NCBI RefSeq assembly: GCF_001194135.2
Contig: NC_068986.1
Coordinates: 64,445,649-64,509,648 of the forward strand
DNA from: Octopus bimaculoides
Taxonomy: Eukaryota
Length of the DNA: 64,000 nt
Direction of reading: 5' to 3'
Part shown: in pieces, positions 1-12,962 of the stretch
Layout of the letters: the number at the start of each line of letters is the position of its first letter
Position numbering within the stretch: the first letter of the stretch is position 1
Notes under the pieces: model-generated
The model's input: only the letters and a program-made list of their open reading frames with translations
What the model was told of the DNA's origin: nothing
Database searches by the model: none
Position numbers and translations under genes: made by a program

Positions 1-646
1 TGGAAACTACTGGCAGTGGACGTAACACACTACCGGCAGGGGATGTACCTCTCAATGGTTGGTTGCGGACCGGGGCGGTTGGCCATATGGAGGGAGATGA
101 AGACGGGGACTGCAGAGGAAATCGCAGGAGTGTTAAATGGGATATTCCTGGAACGAGGCCCCGTGGATGAGCTGCTGCTGGATAATGGCACTGCATTTCG
201 CTCGGAGGTGCTGAAAGAAATGCTTGACGGGTGGCAGGTCAGCCACTTCTTCAGGGCGGCATACCGGCCAAGTGGAAATGGAGTGGTGAAAAGGCATCAT
301 TGTACCATCAAGACCATGGCAGAGAGAGGCCACATTTCACCAATCGCGGCCGTATTTTGGTACAATATGTCGCCCAGGTCAGGACAGGCTGAGGAGTCGG
401 TGCAACACAGGGCAATATTCAGGTACGAGTGGAGGCACCCGTGTATTGCATCGATGCGACTCCAGGGAGAAGAAAAGCACACCTTCGTGCAGATCGGGGA
501 AGAAGTTTGGGTAAAACCCCCAAATGCACGGTGCACATCACAATGGGGGAAAGGAACTATAACCTCCATCAATTCAAAGAACAACGTCTCAGTCGATGGT
601 ATGCCACGCCATGTTTTGGATGTGCGGAAGATTGTCAGTGCTTCAG
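1..646 (+). mobile_element. Ty3/Gypsy LTR retrotransposon integrase (rve core plus C-terminal region), truncated by window edge and N gap
   Basis: Translation VDVTHY...LLLDNGTAF...YRPSGNGVVKRHHCTIK...AVFWYNMSP matches a retroviral-type integrase core. The third catalytic position (normally E in G.VER) reads K. Confidence 0.9.
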
Positions 647-794
647 ANNNNNNNNNNNNNNNNNNNNNNNNNNNNNNNNNNNNNNNNNNNNNNNNNNNNN
701 NNNNNNNNNNNNNNNNNNNNNNNNNNNNNNNNNNNNNNNNNNNNNNNNNNNNNNNNNNNNNNNNNNNNNNNNNNNNNNNNNNGGGGGGGGGGCG

Positions 795-1063
795 TGTGGT
801 GTTATGGGCTGTGACGAGCTATGTATGGTGGTGGAGAGGGGTGAGGCAAACAGAGGTGAAGCCAGACCGGAAGGGTCAGATCGGAAGTCGGCGACACGCG
901 GTCGAAGACTAGGACGTGGGGCCAGCGAGAAAACAGCGACGTTACGAGAAGGATGTGTTCTGATTAGGAGCGATCGTGTACCCCACTGCGGTCGGCAAGG
1001 TAAGGTCCAACGCTTCATTCTGTCCTTTCGCTTCTTGTTGTCTTCTTCCTCCATTGCACCACA
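795..1063 (+). mobile_element. 3' LTR of the Gypsy element, preceded by a polypurine tract
   Basis: Begins TGTGGTG (795) and ends CACCACA (1063), a 7-bp terminal inverted repeat with TG...CA. A G-run at 783-792 lies immediately upstream, downstream of the integrase. Confidence 0.8.
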
Positions 1064-1079
1064 GTACACTTGGATATGA

Positions 1080-1440
1080 ATGTAAACAGATAGACATACA
1101 GACAGATAGGTACATTGGTAATATGAACAGACAAGCACACATACACACATACATATGCAAATGAAGACTGAAACACGTGACCATATACACACACACTTCA
1201 CTTCACACAAGGACAGATATGGAGACACACATCCATATATACAGACACAGTACATAGTCACAAAAACCCATACACAGACATACTCAGACACAATGAAACA
1301 GAGGTACACACATACACACACATGTAAACACACACACACAAACACATGAATATGCAGAATACATACATACATACATACATATATACATACACACATACGC
1401 ACACACACACTAACCCACACACATGTGCACAAACAAACAA
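1080..1440. repeat. Degenerate (CA)n/(TACA)n microsatellite region
   Basis: Directly visible low-complexity CA/TACA runs. Confidence 0.85.
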
Positions 1441-2594
1441 AAAGAGCGCAGCTTGGATAACAGAGTCAACAACTATTGAAAAGGTTGCAAGACACAATGA
1501 AAATTTTAGGAAAATTAAATGAGTAAATGAGTGAAAATTTTACTGGTGAGTGTGTTAAATAATAAGGCACTAAAAGAGAATGACTCTCCCCAGACACAAG
1601 ATATGCTTCAACACACGAACTCACATAAAGAATCTTGTAAACCAAATCCAAAACAAAGTTTTAAAAGGTAATAAATTTCTTAATCTTAGTTTTTTTTTTT
1701 TCCACTTTCCTCTTTTTTCTTTAGCAATTTTACATTTTGATTTTTATATTTTCTACATTTCAATCTTGCATTTTCTTTTGCATTATAACGGTGTATAATG
1801 CTGTTAAATTTGCCCAGACTGGTTTTTGTTAAATCTTATTTTGTGTGAGAGATTTTACACCAGGAGCTTCTTCTTCCTACAAGCTATGACAACATGGACT
1901 TAGTGTGTTCTTGTAGTTTTCGGCTGCCTCTACAGCTATGATTTGTGGCTACAAATTTTTCACTTATGTTCAGTCAATCAAATCTACCTCAACACTTAAC
2001 TGCTTCTTATTTATCAACCCCAGAAGAAAGAAAAGCAAAATTAAAAGAGGAAAATATGACAGATCATTGTCTTTTATATTTCTTCAAACAATTAATGTAT
2101 TTGCAAAACAATAACAAAAGAAAGAAAGAAAATAATGAATTAAAATTCCCATATTCAGGTATATGTGCTTATCATACATTATTTCTCTTTTGATATTTGT
2201 TTTATCCATAGTAGGATGAGTTAGTCCAAGTATGTCATCATTTGTCTTCATCCTGTTTCATCTCAGTTATGAGGCTCAACATCTTAAGATCTGACCTCAC
2301 CACTTTTTATGTATTAATGTTCATCATCCTATGCCACAAACAACTTCTATTGCACCCCTTTCACCCCCTATATACTTTGCCAGGTTTAGAAAATAGTGTA
2401 GTGTCTAAAAATTGATCTGTAAAAAGTTGCTTGAAGTTAGGTTTCTTCTCAAAACAAGAACGAAGGACAAAAATAAAGATTTTAAAAAGTCTAAAATGAA
2501 GATGGTCATAAAATTCCCTAGGGAATTGTCTAGAAAGATATACTACTGAACTAAATTATCATCAACATCAAAATTAAAAGTATATATATTTTTA

Positions 2595-3404
2595 CGTGGT
2601 CTGATCAATAAGTATCCAGACTGTTGCACAGTATCAAAGCTAAAGCATGCAGAGTGACCTTGAACTCTGCCGTGCATGCACACTAAGTTTTAACATTCTA
2701 GCTCACTTCCGTTGTTTACAGCAGTGCTTGGAAGGAAGGTGTGTAGCATGTGATCATCACAATGACTATGATAGAGAAAGTTGGACAGAAAATCTGCATC
2801 AAATTTTCTCAAAAGCTTGGCAATACCCACTCAGAGGCCTATGCAAAGTTGTCAAAATGTTTTCATTGGTCAGCTGAAAGCAGTTTGGGCACAAACTTGG
2901 CAGACACGTATCTCATACCCAAATCTTCAATGATAATGGACTGAACTGAACCGTAACTAATCTGCACATCCTCTGATAACTCACAGGTGGTGATTCAACA
3001 ATTTCCCTTCACAGATGCATGCACATCTGTGATGTTTTTCTCAGTTCTGCTGGTTGTGGGTCTCCCAGAATGTTCATCAATATTGGAATTTTATTAGCCA
3101 TCTTGGAAATGTCTGAACCACTCATACACTTGTGTGCAACTCATACACTCCTCTCCATACACTTTCCGCAACATTGTGTAGGCCTCTGAGCAGGTATCGC
3201 CATGACAACTTACTCTGTCATGGTCAATGCGACAATCACATGCTACACACCTTTCTTCCAAGCACTACTGTAAATATTGGAAGTGAGCTAGAATGTTAAA
3301 ATTTTGTGCACATGCACGGCAGAGTTCAAGGTTAATCTATGCCAAGCAGCTTCGCTCTGCATGCTTTAGCTTCGTTACTATGGCAACAGTCTGGATACTT
3401 ATTG
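2595..3404. mobile_element. Rearranged mariner element made of two 5' ends in inverted orientation
   Basis: TIR CGTGGTCTGATCAATAAGTATCCAGACTGTTGC follows TA at 2593-2594; its reverse complement GCAACAGTCTGGATACTTATTG is at 3383-3404. The + arm encodes QKICIKFSQKLGNTHSEAYAKL. The - arm encodes KVYGEECMSCTQVYEWF...LGMRYVSAKFVPKLL. Confidence 0.8.
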
Positions 3405-4335
3405 TTTCGACCCAACTCCCAACCTAACACCTCGACACTTCTTTGTCTGGCCGAACTTGTTCTCTCTCCCTCAGCTGCTTCTTGTTCATGGGAATGAGAA
3501 TGGGCTCCAACTATGTGAACCTGTTCATTGGCTATGTTGAGACACAAATTTTCTCACAATTCACTGATCCCACTTCCAAACTATATGGTCATTATCTTGA
3601 TGACTGTATTGGTGTGACTTCACTCTCCTGCGAATAACTAGACCCCTTCTTCTCTTTTGTCCAATCCTTCTATCCTGCCCTCAAATTCTTTTGCACTATT
3701 TCCAACATTTCCATCACATTTCTCGACATTTCTGTCAATATACATCACTTCACTCTCATCACCTCCATCTGACTCACACTCCTACCTTAACTTCTCCTCC
3801 CATCCTAAAACACCAAGCTCTCCATCCCCTACTCCCAATTCTTCCATCTGCGCAAGCTCTACAGTAACAATCATGACTGAGACTCAATCTCAACTCATGG
3901 CTTACCACTTCATCCTCCGTGAATATCCCCTCACCACTATTCACACAGCCCTTGCCAGGGCACGTTTTGTGGACCGTCCCTCTGATCTCTCTCTCTCTCT
4001 CCTCTCACCTGCCCTACAATAGCCCATCTCCCGTTTACCCCCACCTATCACCCCTCCGCACTGCACCTCCAATGTACCATTCTCTGAGCCTTCCAGCAAC
4101 TCCAGTCCAGCCCCTCCACCTCACACATCTTCCCCAACCTACCCCTTCCCTCCTTCAAATGAGCCCACAACCTGCATGATTTCCTGGTCCACAGTTTTTT
4201 CCCTAACCCCACTTCCCAGCATGGCTTGTTCCCTTGCTTCTGCCTATGCTACCACACTTGTCCCTTTCTCTCCAACACCACCATACTCACAGGCACCCAT
4301 CATCATCCCTATAATATCACCAACTCCTTCCTGAT
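3405..4335 (+). mobile_element. Penelope-like element (PLE) reverse transcriptase remnant
   Basis: Frameshifted translation GMRMGSNYVNLFIGYVE...YGHYLDDCIG...ISITFLDISV...YLNFSSHP, which are PLE RT core and thumb motifs. The + strand is C-rich. It abuts the truncated mariner TIR. Confidence 0.85.
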
Positions 4336-4439
4336 GAGAATGAAGTTGAATTAAGCTTGCAAGTTCACTTAAATGGTAGGTGATTGAGTGGCCAGTTTTC
4401 TGAAATTAGTGTTTTTCTCTTTTTTTTTTAAATAGTTAA

Positions 4440-4900
4440 ATCATACGAAATTCAGAATTCTCAGAAACTTGATCTTTCCACATTCCTCATGCCTCCATGT
4501 ACATTGTACTAACCATTATGATTTTGTCTCTCAGTGAGTCCATTAAAGTCACAAACTGTGATAACAAGGCTACTATTTCTGAAATCCATATAGTTTTCGA
4601 GGGGTACTCAGAAATAGCCTTTTTGTTCATGTCATTCTTTATTGGAGTGATTATACTGAGATAACATTTGTTGCTATGTTACTTGTGACTAATCTAGGCT
4701 TAATTATTCTGACTCCTTCTGTTACTTTATCCATTTCTCTGCCAAAAATATGCACCCACAGCACTATTTCCCACACAGAATTCACTCCCATGTTCTTTTC
4801 TTGTGAGCAATCTAGCTTAGGTTCCTCTCTTCTCTGTGTTATGTTTTGTACACGGCCAAAATCTATTCATCTCTATCCAACATTTCTGCAATCACTCCAG
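4440..4900 (-). mobile_element. Heavily decayed RTE-type LINE apurinic endonuclease fragment
   Basis: Minus-strand pieces ILAVYKT, IFLAEKW, RIIKPRLV..NVISV and LVITVCDFNG...VHGGMRN follow the RTE APE motif order, with many stops. Confidence 0.6.
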
Positions 4901-6024
4901 GTTTACTTCTCATTGTGCCAATGTTGATGGTGGAAATGATGATGTTTTGTATCTGAGTGAAGATGTGTTTTCAGTGGTTGGTGGGTTTGATGTCTCAAAG
5001 GAAATGAGGTAGTTCAGTTGTATGATGATAAAGAGGTTCCCCATATGTCAGATGTTCCCACCTAACCACTCCCACTACTGTGTGAATCACTAACATGGTA
5101 GATGTTAGTGTTGTAAATGCAATTAGGGTTTTTCATTATGTGATTGTCATGATTTTCATATGGTTTTATTGGCTTGGTGCCTTTCCTATATGAAGTTTGT
5201 GCATTTTGTGATCGCAACACTAGAGAGGTTGTCTGTAGAGAAAGTAGTGCGGATGATAGAGAGATGTTGGAAGACATAACAACAGATATCTACTACTGAG
5301 TAAATGTGTTCAACAAACAGAGTTTAAAAATAATCATCACTAGGTTTCAGAAAGAGTGAAATATAAGAAGGAAAGAGAAGTCATATCAAAGCCAAATGTT
5401 TGCAACCAATAAACAGATACAATGATAATTAATAATAGTAATAATAATACCAATAATTATTAGCTTGACATTTATCTTATCTGAACTGGCATTAGGAAGA
5501 GCATCCAGCAGTATAAACCAAGCTAAAACAGATTGGAGCCTGGTGCAGCTCTCTGGCTTAGTATTTCTGGTCAAATTGTCTAACTCATGTGGCGGCAGTT
5601 TCTTCATTCCAGCACCAAATATCCTATGTAAAAATATTATATGTAGAAACTGGAAGAGAGGGAGAGTGAAGGAGATAGGGTGGGATACTCATTTGAACAC
5701 TCCTCTTGCAGGTTTTTTCACAGGGGTGGGAGATTGAGAAAAACACCAATTAGGGAAGGGAGATCACTACAATGGCAGGTTGATCATCTGCAGTAGCCAT
5801 TGTGAAGGTGAGAGAAATATATTTGTATTTTTGGCTTAGCATCAAGATCATATAACTTTTTACAGGTATGCCATTAGCTTTTACATGCAGACAACTGTAA
5901 GCATGGACAAGAAATTGGTACAGTGGTTATTGTGATCAATTTTCACATATTTTTACAACTTTCTGCATGTGATTTCACCCCCCCCCCCATTCCTTAGTGG
6001 TGTCTTTTTTCTTGAGGTACCCTA

Positions 6025-8578
6025 CTGTCCCTATACTGGAACACTTGATTGCACCTTTATTGGGCATGGTGTTCCAAGTTAGGTACAATGTGTTTCAATA
6101 TAGGGGCATTTTCTAATAGTCTTATTTAGTGTGTGACATAAATATTAGCCTATACATAATGAACTTTGAAATTTCTTCACAAAATCAGTTGGAGGAAAAA
6201 AGACATTTCAGTTCACCTACAGTTTTGTCTAGACAAGAAGAGGATTTGGTGCATCACATTCTTTCACTGGAAGAAATGCTGTTTGGCATATCTAAAACTA
6301 CTGTGCAGGAACTGTTGTCTCAAATTGCTTTGAAAAACAATGCAGAACTTTTACACAAGTTCAATGGAGAAAGCAATGTGCAGGCTAGGAACAGTTTTCA
6401 AAGTTTCTTACCAGAAACCCTCATCTCAGTCTTCAAATACCTGAGGGTGCCAGCATAGCAAGAGCTACAGGGTTTAGCAGAAAAGTGTGAATAGGTTCTT
6501 TGACATCCTTGAGACAGTTCTTGACCATAACAAACTGGATGCATCTAGCATGTATGAATCATCTCTCAGCACTGTGCAGAAACCTGGAAAAATCATGGCA
6601 AAAAAGGCAAACAACAGGTAGATGCAGAAAGAGGAACCAATGTCACATGTGTTAGCTGCATGAGTCCAAGTGGTTACTTCGTCTTTCCATTTGTGATCTT
6701 CAAACAAAAATGCATGAAGGAAGTCCTCAGAACTAGTACCCCTGCTGGAACAGGATTTGCAGTGCAGGAATAATGCTGGATGGATAAAGACACTTTCTGC
6801 ATGTGGTTTAAAAACTTCATCAAATACACTAAACCTTCAAAGGATGCACTTGTCCTTCTTGTCCTTGGTGAGCACATAAGTCACACAGAAAATCTTCAGG
6901 TAATTGAAATTGCCACTGAACATGGAGTGCTGATACTCTCTCTTCCACTGCATTGTAGTCATCACATGCAGCCACTTGACTTCACTTGTTTCAAGCCCCT
7001 CTCTGCATACTTCAATCAGACTGCAGACAGATTCATGAAAATTCATCCTGGATCAAGCATTCAGACAGAAAATATTGCTGGACTGCTTGCAGAGGATTTC
7101 AACCATGCTTCAGTGGTGGCCACAGTTGGGATTTAGCCACCAAATCGACATGTATTCACAGATGCTGACTTCATCACAACTTCAGAGGCAGCTGTTAAAA
7201 ACAGAGAGCCTGGAAACCAGAAGGACTGCAGCTTTGAACAACTTGAAACAGGCCAAAATGATGTCCATGATGAAGATCACCTGGGAAAGCATTTGAAAAA
7301 GGTCTGTCCGGCAAACCTACCTGTAGTCCACAGCCTCCACAGCAAGCTCAGCTCCAAATACCTCAGACGTCTTCACTTCCTAATGACATGCTTCAAGAAA
7401 TTGAAATGTCCCCACAGATTGTAACAATGTTACTTCTTCCAGAGCATTGTGATTTGCATAAAAAGTGAACTTCAAATCACTCCGCAGTCAGCAGGCAGAA
7501 GTGCATCTTCAGGATTGGTTGAACTGAAGGAAACAGTTCTGGCAGATAGCCTCGGGCTGGTTGTTATGTCATCAATGCTAGCAAACATGGATGAGCTTCA
7601 TGACTTGCTTGGACCAAATCAGTCAGAGATCATAAATTCTGATGTGTCTGACCACATCCATTCTGTAAGCCTCAAGTATTGTATGAGACACATGTCGACC
7701 CCCAACTGCCACATAGGTGAACTGGAGATTGCTGCAACAGCAAAACACTTGGGGAAGACAATCATTATTGTCAGCAAGGATTTGCAAGTTATCAATGTTT
7801 ACAATGATGAATACAATAGACAGATCAATAAATGTGTTGTGGTTGCCTTGACAAGGTTGGAGACAACATTGGACATTACAATGCTTTTCTACCACAGAAC
7901 AGTTCTGATGGCACCACAGAATTTCAAGGAAGTGCACCAAACAACAGCAGTGACTCTGGGAATGAATATGCAATGGTTTCACAGCCAGTCAACACCAGAC
8001 CTCCAAGTAAACGTCCCAGAGAATTGTTGCAGATGATATCATCCATTATTAAGAAAATTACCCAAGATCAATGGGAAATGCCATTGCCAGCAAACAGAGC
8101 TCACTGCATGAAGCCTATACAAGAAAAGGCTTCAAGATATGAAAGGTAGAAAAAAGACTTGCAGACAAACCAAACAAAAGTCTACCATGGCCAAGCAAAA
8201 TGAAGTGAACAGTTGGTTTTATTTCATCTGTGGTGAAGACATTCAAGAAAGCATGACACAGTGCTGATAGGTGCACATCAAATAAGCAGATCAAATGAAG
8301 CTGTTGAAATATGTGCGTGATGTGTGTTTGTAAACGCCTGTTGGTTTGACCTGAGAATTATAAGACAACATTTTTAATTTACCATTCACATTTGTTATAT
8401 ATCTGTCTAATGACCTATAAATTAAGTTTTTATTTTCTATTTGCTGAGATTTGTAACAAGTATTTCAATAAATTTATATTTTACATTTTACATTAGTCTT
8501 ATGAATTATTTTATTGTTGACTGTTATTAACTATTATTAATCCCCTTATATAAATGTGTATGCCGAATATAGGGACAG
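6025..8578 (+). mobile_element. pogo/Tigger-family (DDE_1) DNA transposon, decayed, with OTU-like and PHD domains
   Basis: Contains an HTH region (LSRQEEDLVHHIL..MLFGI), a DDE_1 core (ERGTNVTCVSCMSPSG..WMDKDTFCMWFKNF..LLVLGEHISH..LPLHCSHHMQPLD) and a C-terminal degenerate PHD (WFYFICGED..MTQC..VH..AD..YVRDVC). CTGTCCCTATA (6025-6035, after TA) and TATAGGGACAG (8568-8578) form an inverted repeat; the exact ends are uncertain. Confidence 0.85.
7490..7890 (+). pseudogene. OTU-family cysteine protease-like domain inside the pogo transposase (frameshifted)
   Basis: Cys box KCIFR (tgc atc ttc agg, 7502-7513, shifted frame), then HMSTPNCHIGELEIAATAKHLGKTIIIV, then His box DNIGHYNAFL (GHY 7871-7879), in OTU motif order. 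Confidence 0.7.
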
Positions 8579-9009
8579 AAGTGTCTCTAATTAGGAACCA
8601 CATTCCTAAATTGAAACACTTTTCAAATTTGTGAAAAAATTTCTTAAAAATCACACATGATGTTAATTTAGAAAATGCAGGTCGATGCTTTATTTGGTAC
8701 TTATCTCTCATAGCCCTTTTATGATGACATTTGAGCAGATTTCAAAAACTCTAAGGGTCTTTGTGGTTAGTAATTGTACTAGTAATTGGACATGTTCACC
8801 AAACAGGCTTTGTAGGAACCAACAATAGACCTCAGGAAGAGAGAGAGAGAAAGGAAGAGGGTATGTAAATTAAAGCTAAAAGTTTGTAGGTAATAAACAG
8901 ATATGTTTAAATATGATAATCTTAATTAGTAAATATGAGACCTAGAAATGATACTACTTCAAATGATAACATAGGCCAAAAAAAGAAATTTCTCTGTTGC
9001 CAAAAGATT

Positions 9010-10075
9010 TGGGCCTGAACTAGGGGTTTTTTGACACACAGAATCTAAAAGTAACATCCTGTTATTACTACCATATCAAGATTTTAAGATACTGGATCTC
9101 AAGAATTTCATTCCTTTTTTCAATAAAACAGCTTAACAAGGCAGACATAACATACAAACATACATACATAGAAATTGGCTTTTCTTCAAAACCAGGCTGT
9201 TTCCTTAAATTCCTACTGAAAAACTAGTAAAATTCTTAAAATTTCTACAGACAAATTACATCATTGTTTATTCTAAATTTCCCATGAATTTGCATTTGCA
9301 TAATTTTCTTGAGTACTGAAGCTCAGGAAGCTCATGAGCCAAATTCCAGCAACAATCTGCCATTATGTGCAAGTCCCGTCTGCCTTGATACTTTTTTTCC
9401 ATTGATTTTACGTCCTGATGGAAATGTTCTCCCCGCTCATCATTTGTGTCACCAAGATTTTCAGAGAATTTATCAAATTGACTGTGGAGACACTGCAGCT
9501 TTATGCTCATATTTGCTCCCAACTTTTGAAAGTTCTCCAGCATGTTATCAACTATTTTGGAATAGTTGGCTGCTTATTGCAAATGAATTCCATGTTACTG
9601 TTTCAGTTCATTTCATAGAATTTACAAAATTCCCATCTTTCATTAATTTTCTGATTTGAGGCTCATCAAATACTCCAGTTTTTATCTTTCTGTTTCTTGG
9701 ACCAAGAAATATGCTGCAGACATAATAAAAGCATGGTCCATCTTTATCCAGAGCTTTAACAAACTGTTTTATAATGCCAGTTTTGATGTGGAGTGGAGGT
9801 AGGATAAGTTTTCCAGGTTGAACTAAAAATACCTTGGAACTAATGTTTGCTGTGACCATTCTTTGATTACCCAATGTTCTTCCCTGGCTCTGCTGTCCCA
9901 CACACATAAATATTATAGCTATTTCACAGGTAAACAATGCATTTTTCTGAAATTTGAAGAAAATTACAAAAATTGGAGTGGGGTTGGGTGAGGTTAAATC
10001 TAGGTGTGATGGTAAAAAATGAATTCCGTTTATGGAGTCCGCATATCAAAAAACTATAAAATCAGATATAAACGT
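9010..10075 (-). mobile_element. Internally deleted Chapaev3-like (CMC) DNA transposon
   Basis: Minus-strand WDSRAREEHW, LPPLHIKTGIIKQFVKAL, KTGVFDEPQIRKLM and MSIKLQCLHSQFDKF.ENLGD..DERGEHFHQD..MEKKYQG..MADCCW (about 9270-9935). Related subterminal motifs occur in opposite orientation at about 9020-9100 and 10005-10070. Family assignment is from motif recall and the termini are unresolved. Confidence 0.7.
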
Positions 10076-10952
10076 CCTAACAACAAAATATATAATATAT
10101 ATATAGGTATTGCAAATTTTAGAGGTAATAATTGTAAGCACCTGTATATGCCAGATAGTGGCCGAGGTGAAAGAATATATTAAAACGTAAAATTAAAACA
10201 AAACACAAAGGATTCCGTGGTACATGTGTTTCAAGCTTTATACACAAACAGTCGTTGCATCATTATATGAGTATATAATTGATATACAGGATGGTTTAAA
10301 GCTATCTTCAGCCGCAAATATATTCCGTCCCAAGATTACATCACAAAGAAGAAATCACAAAGAAAAAAGAGCAAGAAAATGGGAAAGTCCACTCGGTATA
10401 ATCCATAGTAATATGCTTATATTTACAAAAAGTTCTTCGGTATTCAGAAATCTGTCCATATTGTACCACAATTCAGGGTAGAGTGAATGATAAATAAATA
10501 TAACTAGCGTATATGAGATAGAAGGCGAGGATAAAAAAAGAAAGAAGTTGGAGGTTAAAACAATATAAAATACGAAAAAAACAATATAAAATAAGACATA
10601 AAATACACCAATAATAATACAAAAATAATAGAAGTCAGATCAAGGGTAATATAAGAAAAAATACGGATAATAAAGTAAGATGCATATAAAAGATTTAGTA
10701 GGGTTGGAATAAGGTAATAAAGGAAATAAAGGAAATTGGGTAAAGAAATAGAAGAAATAAAAAAAAAATGAAATAACAGAAGTAAACAGAAAGAGGAATA
10801 AGAAAAAAACCTAAAAATAGAAAAAGAGATAAAGAGAAATAAAGAGAGATAANNNNNNNNNNNNNNNNNNNNNNNNNNNNNNNNNNNNNNNNNNNNNNNN
10901 NNNNNNNNNNNNNNNNNNNNNNNNNNNNNNNNNNNNNNNNNNNNNNNNNNNN

Positions 10953-12865
10953 AATCACTGTTTCATCCACAACTGACTCATGGTTTAGGAGTTCAGGGAA
11001 GTGTTCAATTCAGAGACCTGTGATTTCTATTGATTTAGTAAATAGAGCAGAAGACTCATAAGCCCATAAACTTGTTTCATAAGATGGTAAAGCTTCTTTC
11101 TGTTATTTGTATCAGCAGCAGCCTGAACATCAAAATCCTCCAACCAAGTGTTCTGCATCTTCCTGAGAGATCGCTGCAGTAGTGATTTTACACTGCTATA
11201 GTGGGCAAGTGCTAGATTTCGCTGCACAGTTGAAAGTCCTCTGTGGAGCAATACATTGTGGGCATGGCGCTTTACAACCAATAGTCACTGAACTTCAGCA
11301 TAATTTTCATCAAACCAAATCTCTGTGTCTGGCAGTAGCATATCCCAGTGTTTCAGCAGTAGCATATCCCAGTGTCTCGAAAATTTTCTCATACTGTGGT
11401 ATTTTCAATGCTGGACAAGCGAGTCTGAAGCACTTTTCTCAACATAGCATCATTTTATCTTGTGGACATTCAGATGCTAAGAAATGCCAACTGGCCCACT
11501 TCTCTCTTTCACTTTAATCATCATCCGGAACTTTGCTCGCACCAGACTGTGGTCTGTCCAGCATTCCGATCCATAAAAGGACTTGACGTTACAAATGTCA
11601 TAGATGTCACGCTTGCGAATGATGACAATCCAGCAAGTGCCAAACTTTAGACCCTGGATGCGTCTACGTTGTTGTGTGATCACCTTTGTGCATAAAACGA
11701 GTGCTTGCAATGTAAAGTCCATGTTCATCGCAAAGCTCCAGCAACATGAGACCATTGCTATTCCTTTTCCCTACATCAAAACGTCTCAAAGAGTTCCATG
11801 TTTGCCAGTCTGTTCCAATCCTGGCATTGAAATCCCCCAGTAGAATGACTTTATCAGAATTGGGGATAATCCTAAGTATGGCTTTCAGCTGGGTATAAAA
11901 AATAGTTTTATCTTCATCACAACTAGTCAAAGTAGGTGCATAGACTCTTATTAGAGTAGCAATCTACCCACCTTTCAGGTGCATTCGTAGAGTCGCTAGG
12001 CGCTCATTTATAGGAACAGGAAGCTCCTCCAACTTCTTAAGGATATCAGATCGAACTACAAAACCAACATCAGCTTCTCTGCGCTCCTCCTTCAGCCTCC
12101 CCTTTCAAAAAAGGTTTACCCACTTCCTACTGACCATCACCTTCTATATGAGTCTCTGAAAGTGCTGCTATATCAATGTTCTAGCGGTTCAGCTCGCGAG
12201 CAACAAGTGCAGTGCGTCTTTGAGGCCTACAATCACTCTTATTATCCAACAGAGTGCGCACATTCCAACATGAAATATTCGAGTTCCATCCAGATTTTGT
12301 AAAAAAAGAATGTCTTTGATTATTGAGCGCAGAGTGGACATCCATCAGTCGCGCTAAACTGATCAGATATAGAAAGACAGGCAATTTTTGGTTAACCTTT
12401 TTTAGAACCTCTCCGGCCTCCGGGTGAGCAGTGCCCTCTACAGATGGAGTTGCTCAGACATCTATGCAGCAACCGAATCCTATCGCTGTCTTGGGAGATA
12501 AGGAGACGACTTAATATCTAGCATGGGCCGCCTACGTGCAGGTCGCTGACTATATGCTTCCAACCCGTCAGGTCTGCATGCTTCGTCACCTTCCCATCAC
12601 CGCAGGACTTCCGAATAAAATAAAATAAATATATACAAAAAGTAAAGGTACATATATACTGAAAATAAAATAGATATATATATTGGGGGGGGGGGGAAAA
12701 AAGAAAAAAAGCAGCACATATCGAGCAGAGGTCTGCAGTGCCTGTGCAGAGTTTTAGGTCCAATAAGGATTGCACGACACCTCCATAGACCCTCTATTGA
12801 CATTATCCAGAGACAAGCCAGAGCGAGATGTCTGGTGTAAATATGAGTCGCAGGCTCAGGAATGT
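10953..12865 (-). mobile_element. RTE LINE, 5' portion (5' UTR, APE endonuclease, linker), cut by N gap
   Basis: WNVRTLLD..RPQRRTALVARELNR; PTL..DEDKTIFY..LLGDFNARIG..NSNGLMLLELC; QAAADTNNRKKLYHLMKQVYG. Contains frameshifts and a 24-bp tandem duplication at about 11334-11377. Confidence 0.9.
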
Positions 12866-12874
12866 GGGAGCCCC

Positions 12875-12961
<87 letters not shown>

Positions 12962-12962
<1 letters not shown>

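Noticed and set aside
12720-12865. HDV-like ribozyme at the 5' end of the minus-strand RTE
   Set aside because: Hairpins are present, but I could not build the nested P1-P2-P3 pseudoknot or find the catalytic C in J4/2.
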